Under the pieces are notes generated by a model that had not been told where the DNA came from, did not search any database, and saw only the letters and a program-made list of their open reading frames with translations. Position numbers and translations under genes: made by a program. Shown in pieces: positions 23,581 through 29,437 of a DNA stretch of 29,437 bases. Source of the DNA: a virus (Duplodnaviria > Caudoviricetes); the IMG/VR virus record IMGVR_UViG_3300008085_000092, positions 1 to 29,437 of that record; one strand, given 5' to 3'. Every line of letters begins with the position of its first letter. Positions within the stretch are counted from its first letter, which is position 1.

Positions 23581-24894
23581 CTAGGCGTTGATGGCGACGC
23601 GGTGATAACGGCCCCATTCCGGGTTCCACAGCCCGCCGCCGACACGCTTGGTCGTGTAGAACAGCACATAGGGCTTGGCCGTGTACGGATCGCGCAGGAT
23701 GCGGATGCCGAGCCGGTCGAAGATCCGGTAGACCATCTCCATGTTGCCATAGAAGACGGGAATGGCGTCAGCCGCTACATCCGGCATGCCGGACAGTTCC
23801 ATGACCGGAGATCCGAGCAGCGTCGATGGTTGGTTGGCCGCCAGTGTCGGCGCCCAGATCAGGTTGCCGTCGCCATCCTTCAGCTTCCGGACAACCGCCA
23901 TCGTCTTGCGGTTCATATAGAATCCGGCGCCCTGCGACCGGTCGGACGGCAGGTCATATTGCAGGTCGATCAGGCCGTCGGTCGCCAGGGCTGCCGCCAG
24001 GCCGGAATTGACCTCGAGGATCGGGCCGAGCGGATGGCGCAAGGGCGCGGCAAGCGCCGCTTCCGTGGCCGCATCAAAGGTCAGCAGGCCGCGCGGCTTG
24101 TTCGTGCCGTCGCCGGAGAGGAAGGCCGTCCCTTCCTGCGTCGCGAACTCGGTCTCGACCTCACCGGACAGCCAGGCGGCAAAGTCAATCTCCGCATCGT
24201 CGAGCAGCTGCTGGGTTGCGCTCGGATTGGCATAGATCTCACCGAAGCTGTAGGCATAGGCCTTCAAGTCCGGTGAGGTCGTTTCTCCGCGCGCCGTCTC
24301 TTCGCCAACCCAGCCCGAACCGGCGCCATGCAGGTTGAACAGCTTGATGAAGCCCTGCCCGGTCACGTTCTGCTGGCTGGCAAAGCGCCTCATCGGCGTG
24401 ATGTCCACCCGCGCATCGGTGATTGTGCGGTCCCATTCGATCGGGGCCAGGTGACCGCCCTTGTCGGCCGTGCCGACAGAACCGGCCGCATTGACCCGGT
24501 TGATCATTGTGGCCTGCAGGTCACCACGCGCGAGGCCGAGCTGGTCGAGCTGGCGCTCGCCATCGCCGGTCCGCATATAGGCGGCCCAGGCCTGTTGGTG
24601 AGCCTGCACCTCGGCCGAGACCTGCGAACCCGGTTCGCCGCGCGTGCCGAGCCGCAGCTGCTCGATGTCGGTATTCTGGGCATCGATGGCCGCCTGGATG
24701 TCGGACATGGCTGCCTGCAGGCGGTCTTCCTTTTCCTGCAGCAGCACGTCCTGGTCGGACGTGCGTTGCGTCATCGTGGCCCTGAATTCGTCAAAGGCCT
24801 GGTTGAGGGACTGGACAAGCGCCAGAGCGCTCGTGTCGGAGCGGACCGAGACAATGCCGCGGATCTCGCCGGTATGAAGATGGGCAGGTTTCAT
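23581..24894 (-). CDS. HK97-family major capsid protein
   Basis: N-terminal coiled-coil delta domain; GGHLAP.E, WVGE, AFLSGDGTNKPRGLL, LKDGDGNLIW, RDPYTAKPYVLFYTTKRVGGG. Confidence 0.97.
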   Translation of the reverse strand: MKPAHLHTGEIRGIVSVRSDTSALALVQSLNQAFDEFRATMTQRTSDQDVLLQEKEDRLQAAMSDIQAAIDAQNTDIEQLRLGTRGEPGSQVSAEVQAHQQAWAAYMRTGDGERQLDQLGLARGDLQATMINRVNAAGSVGTADKGGHLAPIEWDRTITDARVDITPMRRFASQQNVTGQGFIKLFNLHGAGSGWVGEETARGETTSPDLKAYAYSFGEIYANPSATQQLLDDAEIDFAAWLSGEVETEFATQEGTAFLSGDGTNKPRGLLTFDAATEAALAAPLRHPLGPILEVNSGLAAALATDGLIDLQYDLPSDRSQGAGFYMNRKTMAVVRKLKDGDGNLIWAPTLAANQPSTLLGSPVMELSGMPDVAADAIPVFYGNMEMVYRIFDRLGIRILRDPYTAKPYVLFYTTKRVGGGLWNPEWGRYHRVAINA

Positions 24895-25799
24895 GCTGCT
24901 GCTTCCTTGATTTTGGTAATGAGGGATTGAACCGCAGCGTCAAAGCCGGGCTCGGTGGATGGATCCTCACGGGCAGCGCGCGGCTTGCCTTTCAGGTCCG
25001 AAAGAAGCGCGCGGCATTCTTTGCGGGTCAGATCCGGATTCTGTTTCTTGAGGGCCCAGGCCGCGCGGACTTCCGCCCGCTGCGCAATGCTGGCCGTCGG
25101 GTCACCGGTCTCAACCGGGGCATCGTCCAGCAGCGCATCGGCAAAGCCGGCATCGACTGCGGCGCTGCCGGTGAACCATGTCTCGGCATCCATCCAGGCC
25201 GCGACATCGGTTTCCGAAGCGCCCGTGCGCCGGGCATAGAGGCGCGCCATGGCCTCGTCGAATTGCCCCAGCGTATCGGAGACTTTCTCGAAATCATTGC
25301 GGTCGCCGATCGCGATCAGCCAGGCATTGTGGATCATGATCGAGGCATTGTCGCCGATCAGCAATTCATCGGCGGCCATGGCGATGACCGAGGCCGCCGA
25401 AGCTGCCAGCGATATAACCTTGACCGTCACGCGGCCCTTGTGCTCGCGCAGCAGGTTATAGATCGCGCCGCCCTCGAAATAATCGCCGCCGCGCGAATTG
25501 ATCACCACCTCGACATCACCGGTCATGGTCTCCAGCTGGCGCGCCACGGATTTCGAGGTAACGCCGCCGCCGGTCCACCAATCCTCGCCGATCGTCTCAT
25601 AGATCTCGATACGATTGCCGGCCTGGGCAGACGGCGCCCGCATCTGCGGCTGCCAGCGGGCCATGACATCATCACGCGGGCACCAGCTGAGCGTCTCGGA
25701 TGCGGCGCCGGCCTCGAAGGCGGGCATGGCGGCAAGGCTCGCCATGAGGCGCAGGCCGGACGGCAGGAAGGATTTGGAATTAAGGTCGATGCGCATCAT
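24891..25799 (-). CDS. ClpP-type (S14) prohead protease
   Basis: INSRGGD, LAASAASVIAMA (Ser), IMIHNAW (His), ETWF; AAGGAG SD before ATG25799. Confidence 0.93.
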   Translation of the reverse strand: MMRIDLNSKSFLPSGLRLMASLAAMPAFEAGAASETLSWCPRDDVMARWQPQMRAPSAQAGNRIEIYETIGEDWWTGGGVTSKSVARQLETMTGDVEVVINSRGGDYFEGGAIYNLLREHKGRVTVKVISLAASAASVIAMAADELLIGDNASIMIHNAWLIAIGDRNDFEKVSDTLGQFDEAMARLYARRTGASETDVAAWMDAETWFTGSAAVDAGFADALLDDAPVETGDPTASIAQRAEVRAAWALKKQNPDLTRKECRALLSDLKGKPRAAREDPSTEPGFDAAVQSLITKIKEAAA

Positions 25800-25800
25800 G

Positions 25801-27063
25801 TCAGTCTCCTTGTCGCGCGGCAGACGCCATGTTTGGCGGCGGATAGAAAATTCCCCCGGTGCCATCCGGGCGGGGCGGCATGCCCTCACGGGCGCGCACT
25901 TCGTCCGGATTCATCGCGCCGAACTGCAGCGCGCGGGTCCAGCCCGTCCAGCGTGTGGCGAAGTCGCCACGGATCAGGCCTGTGTCGTCGACCTTGGCTT
26001 CCAGCTTCATGTCATCGCCGAGCAGGTCGCGCTCGATGGCGCCCTCGAAGGCCTCGAACCAGTCGACCAGCGTATAGGTGCGAAAGCCGATCGAGATCTG
26101 TTCCATGCCGCCGCCGCCCAGCGCCGGAGCACCCTCCATGAAGCCGAGCAGGGCCGGAGGCACGCCGAGGAACATGGCGATTTCGATAATCGACAGCTTG
26201 CGCTGCTGGATGAATTCGGCATCCCGCGCTGACAGCTGCAGCTGCTTCATCTTGACACCCTGTTCGAGCACCAGCGTGCGGGTTGCCGGATCGGCGCCGC
26301 GATAATGGTCGATACTGTCGCGCAGGTTCTTCACGCCTTCGGCGCCGAGCTCATTGTCGGACTCAAGCACCGTGTCGAGGAAGTTGCCGTTCCGGAAGAA
26401 CCGGCCCGCATGCTCCTGTCCCGCGTCGCCTATGCCCAGCACTTCCCGCGCATAGGACAGGACGGACCGGCCAAGCACGCCGTCGATCGACATGCCCCTG
26501 ATATGCATCACCTGATCCTGCGCCAGGGTCATCCGCTGCCCGTCGCGCCGCGTGTAGGTATAGCGCAGGGCAAGATCGTCGAGCTGCTCGCAGGTGACAT
26601 GGTCGGGATCCATCGGGATCAGCCGAAGCACCTGCCCGTCATTGAACCGGCTGCGCACCTTGTAGGAATAGCCATTGCCGCGCATCAGGACCGACAGCAT
26701 CAGGTAGCGCTTGAAATCATACCCCGACTGCCAGCCATTCGGCTTGCGGTTGAGCAGCAGGTTCAGCGGATGATCCACCAGGACCTGCATCGAGGCCCGG
26801 TCACGGATATCGATGCGTGAGCCGGCCAGCACGCCGGTCAACAGGTTGACGCCCCGGTAGAACGCCGCCAGGCGCAGCGCGACATCACCTGTGACGGGCC
26901 GTCCGGTCGCGGCGACATTGCCGCCACCGGCGCGCAGGAATTCGGCGAGCTCCGGCGACGTGCCGAGCGCCCCTTCCGACCGCACATTCCCGGCCGCACC
27001 GGCCATCCACGAGCCGGTCATCCAGTCAATGACCGACGCAACAAACTTCCTGCTTTTTGCCAT
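25801..27063 (-). CDS. HK97-family portal protein
   Basis: LLNRKPNGWQS, RGNGY, VMHIRG, DAEFIQQRK, IAMFLGVPP, NPDEVRAREGMPP. Confidence 0.95.
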   Translation of the reverse strand: MAKSRKFVASVIDWMTGSWMAGAAGNVRSEGALGTSPELAEFLRAGGGNVAATGRPVTGDVALRLAAFYRGVNLLTGVLAGSRIDIRDRASMQVLVDHPLNLLLNRKPNGWQSGYDFKRYLMLSVLMRGNGYSYKVRSRFNDGQVLRLIPMDPDHVTCEQLDDLALRYTYTRRDGQRMTLAQDQVMHIRGMSIDGVLGRSVLSYAREVLGIGDAGQEHAGRFFRNGNFLDTVLESDNELGAEGVKNLRDSIDHYRGADPATRTLVLEQGVKMKQLQLSARDAEFIQQRKLSIIEIAMFLGVPPALLGFMEGAPALGGGGMEQISIGFRTYTLVDWFEAFEGAIERDLLGDDMKLEAKVDDTGLIRGDFATRWTGWTRALQFGAMNPDEVRAREGMPPRPDGTGGIFYPPPNMASAARQGD

Positions 27064-27065
27064 GA

Positions 27066-28943
27066 TCAGATGACCAGCGCGCCGCGCGTCTTGTAGACGC
27101 TTTCGGAGATCGCTTCGCCATGGATCACGGGCGCCAGCGCATTGACGGCCGCCACCGCGCCATCGTTGCGTGCCGCCTTGGCATTCTTGAGAGGCCTGTA
27201 TTGTCCGTTCACGTTATGCCTGACCTCCGTATTGGCGATGCACCAATTCATGATTTCGTGGCCCCCATGGACCAGCTCGCCGGCATGAACCTTCCGGCTG
27301 AATTCTGCCGTCGGCTGGGCCAGGACGGTGATTGTCTGCGGTACTTCCACGCAATGAATTCCAGCCTTCATGATGTGCTGGATCATCTGGTGGGCGAACG
27401 CCTTGTCATATCCGAGCGCCTGCACATCAAAATGTGACAGTGTGCTGATGATGTCTTTCTCGATGAAATCGAAGTCGACCGTATTGCCCGGCGTTTCTAC
27501 CAGCAGCCCCTGCCCGATCCATTTCGGATAGGACACCGTATCGCCCGTTTCGCGCACGCGGGCATACTCGCCTGCGCACCAGAATTTCGAGCCAACCACC
27601 CACTTGCCGGGATAGAGATCGTTTTCCGGCTCGAACAGAAGGACGAGGGCCGAGAGGTCGCGCTCAAGCGCCATGTCGAGACCGGCCCAGCACTTGGCGC
27701 CTTTCAGGCGGCCAAAGTCGACTTGCCGCTCGCAACTGCCCCAGGTCTCTTTCCGGATCCATCCGGACACGCTGTCCGTCCACAGGTTGAGACGCAGCCG
27801 CTTGAAGCTGTTTTCCTCGGCCGGACGGCCATAGGCCTTGCGGAAGGCCTTGCGAAGCGCCGACAGTTTCGGCGCGCCATAGGCCAGGCCCGGATTGGCC
27901 TTGACCCAGCTGGCTTCGTCCTTCCAGTCGTCGCCCGGCCCCAGCGCGTAGATCCGCACATAGAGGTCGGGCTGGTAGACCAGGCCGCGCGCGACCTGCA
28001 TCGCCCGCAGGTGAAGCTCGCCGCACAGCGTTTCCAGGTCGTGGCCGGCCGTCGTGATGAACACGAATAGTGGCTGGTTACGCGCGCCGTCTGCCGAGGT
28101 AATCGCCTCATACTGGTCGCGCTTTTTCCACTCATGCACCTCGTCCCCAATGGCGCCGGACGGGTTGAGGCCGTGCTGGTTCTTGGTCCCCATCGCTACG
28201 AACTTTGAATCCGAGCGCGGATGGTTCATGACAAATTTGAGCACATCGATCTGCTCGCCCAGCGCCGGATTGAGCTCCACCATGGCGGCGGCATCATCAT
28301 AGACCAGCGCCGCCTGGTCGCGGCTGCCGGCAACGGCATAGACTTCGGCGGCTGGCTCGCGGTCGCCGACCATCAGGTAGAGCGCGATCGCGGCGGCAAG
28401 GGTCGATTTGCCGTTCTTCCGCGCGATCTCGACCCAGGCTTCAGTGAACCGGCGGAAGCCTTCCGGCGTCTTCCAGCCGAATATCTGCCGGATGATCTTG
28501 CGCTGCCAGCGCGCCAGCTTCAGCTTCTGCCCGCGCCACTGGCCTTTCTTGTGGACGCAGAATGTCTCGATCCAGCGGATGACGCGCTCGCCGGCATAGC
28601 GGTCGAAGAACCAGCTATTGCCATGCGTATCGGTAAAGCCCCAGATCCGCCGGTACTGGGCAAGGCGCTCGACCTCGCGGCCGAGCTGCCGGACACTCTT
28701 TTCGGCCGCCTTGGCCTTGTGCTCAAGCGGCCGCACCTGGTCAGCCTGCGCGCCGCGTTCCCTCAGCCGGTCTGCTTCGCTGCGAAACGAGGCGCACGTC
28801 TTCGCCAGCTTGTCCCGGCGTGCCTCCAGCTCCCCGATCCGGTGGCGCACTTCGGCGTGGGCTTCCCCGAACGCCCGCGCCGCCTCAGTTGAAGGATGTA
28901 GGGTCAGCGCGGTCTGACTGATCGTCTCCGCCATACCCGCCAT
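27066..28943 (-). CDS. terL: terminase large subunit
   Basis: Walker A IARKNGKS, Walker B AIGDEVH, ITTAG, KANP, nuclease GLDMA...DLSA and NDGAVA; start could be 28943 or 28934. Confidence 0.97.
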   Translation of the reverse strand: MAGMAETISQTALTLHPSTEAARAFGEAHAEVRHRIGELEARRDKLAKTCASFRSEADRLRERGAQADQVRPLEHKAKAAEKSVRQLGREVERLAQYRRIWGFTDTHGNSWFFDRYAGERVIRWIETFCVHKKGQWRGQKLKLARWQRKIIRQIFGWKTPEGFRRFTEAWVEIARKNGKSTLAAAIALYLMVGDREPAAEVYAVAGSRDQAALVYDDAAAMVELNPALGEQIDVLKFVMNHPRSDSKFVAMGTKNQHGLNPSGAIGDEVHEWKKRDQYEAITSADGARNQPLFVFITTAGHDLETLCGELHLRAMQVARGLVYQPDLYVRIYALGPGDDWKDEASWVKANPGLAYGAPKLSALRKAFRKAYGRPAEENSFKRLRLNLWTDSVSGWIRKETWGSCERQVDFGRLKGAKCWAGLDMALERDLSALVLLFEPENDLYPGKWVVGSKFWCAGEYARVRETGDTVSYPKWIGQGLLVETPGNTVDFDFIEKDIISTLSHFDVQALGYDKAFAHQMIQHIMKAGIHCVEVPQTITVLAQPTAEFSRKVHAGELVHGGHEIMNWCIANTEVRHNVNGQYRPLKNAKAARNDGAVAAVNALAPVIHGEAISESVYKTRGALVI

Positions 28944-29382
28944 CCGTGAATAGGTCTGCGCTGCCGCCGCCCTGCACGCCCTTGGAAATCAGGTTGGCGC
29001 GGGCGAGCGGCGAGCGGGCCAGCCGGTCTTCCAGCATCCGGATCTCCGGCAGCAGGGCCCGCTGGTATTTTGATTCAGGGCGCTCGCGCTCCAGGTAGGT
29101 CACCGTGCCTTCCTTGTGCTGGAACGTGGTCGGCACCTGGTAATAGCGCCCGCCCTTCTCGGCCAGGCGGTGCTCGGCTTCCCAATAGTCGCCGACCAGC
29201 TGGCAGTAGCGCATCCAGACCGTGCGGTCGGTATTCTTCAGCCGGCCAGAGCGCAGCATGCCCTGCGTTTCGGAGGTCCAGACCCGCTGGCCGAACGCGC
29301 TCAGCTCTTGCGGCGCGCCACCATCGATCAGGACATCGTCAGGTATCACGGCGCTGGCGGCCGTATCATCCGCTCCTTCCAT
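28885..29382 (-). CDS. terS: terminase small subunit (P27-like)
   Basis: APQELS..GQRVW, RYCQL, LARSPLARA pattern; directly upstream of terL; GAGAGG SD. Confidence 0.85.
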   Translation of the reverse strand: MEGADDTAASAVIPDDVLIDGGAPQELSAFGQRVWTSETQGMLRSGRLKNTDRTVWMRYCQLVGDYWEAEHRLAEKGGRYYQVPTTFQHKEGTVTYLERERPESKYQRALLPEIRMLEDRLARSPLARANLISKGVQGGGSADLFTDGGYGGDDQSDRADPTSFN

Positions 29383-29437
29383 GACAACCTCTCAAAAAAA
29401 AATCCTCCGCAAAAACCCTCCGCAGAGAAACATTGAC

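Larger units (their letters stand above)
1..29437. mobile_element. temperate HK97-like siphophage (partial genome)
   Basis: Complete head-tail-lysis gene order plus integrase; no host housekeeping gene in the window. Confidence 0.95.

Noticed and set aside
20552-29382. Gene transfer agent rather than phage
   Set aside because: Long tape measure, ClpP-type protease, linked integrase with att site and accessory genes point to a genuine temperate phage.
1-29437. CRISPR array, rRNA, IS elements
   Set aside because: No regularly spaced repeats, rRNA-like sequence or transposase seen.

Overview
The whole window is a GC-rich temperate HK97-type siphophage. Its gene content looks alphaproteobacterial, which is an inference. 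The minus strand (29382 down to about 5781) carries a virion and lysis operon: terS, terL, portal, ClpP-type protease, HK97-fold capsid, head-tail connectors, tail tube, a frameshifted chaperone pair, tape measure, Dit, a large fused tail-tip protein, a Cor-position lipoprotein, a multi-gene fibre module with a low-GC lectin tip, a CHAP/NlpC endolysin and membrane/lipoprotein genes. The plus strand (68-5777) carries a translationally coupled early operon: ParB-like protein, small ORFs, a large serine integrase and then a BrnT/HTH toxin-antitoxin pair. The most notable points are: (1) an intact attP-like 48-bp dyad inside the 3' end of the integrase gene, with phage genes on both sides, implying an unintegrated configuration and an integration-dependent swap of the integrase C-terminus; (2) an apparent 'daisy-chain' fibre built from IDGGxF C-termini followed by Mtd_N-like N-termini; (3) a 31-bp direct repeat bracketing the ParB module. 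All family assignments come from motif recognition and synteny, not database searches.
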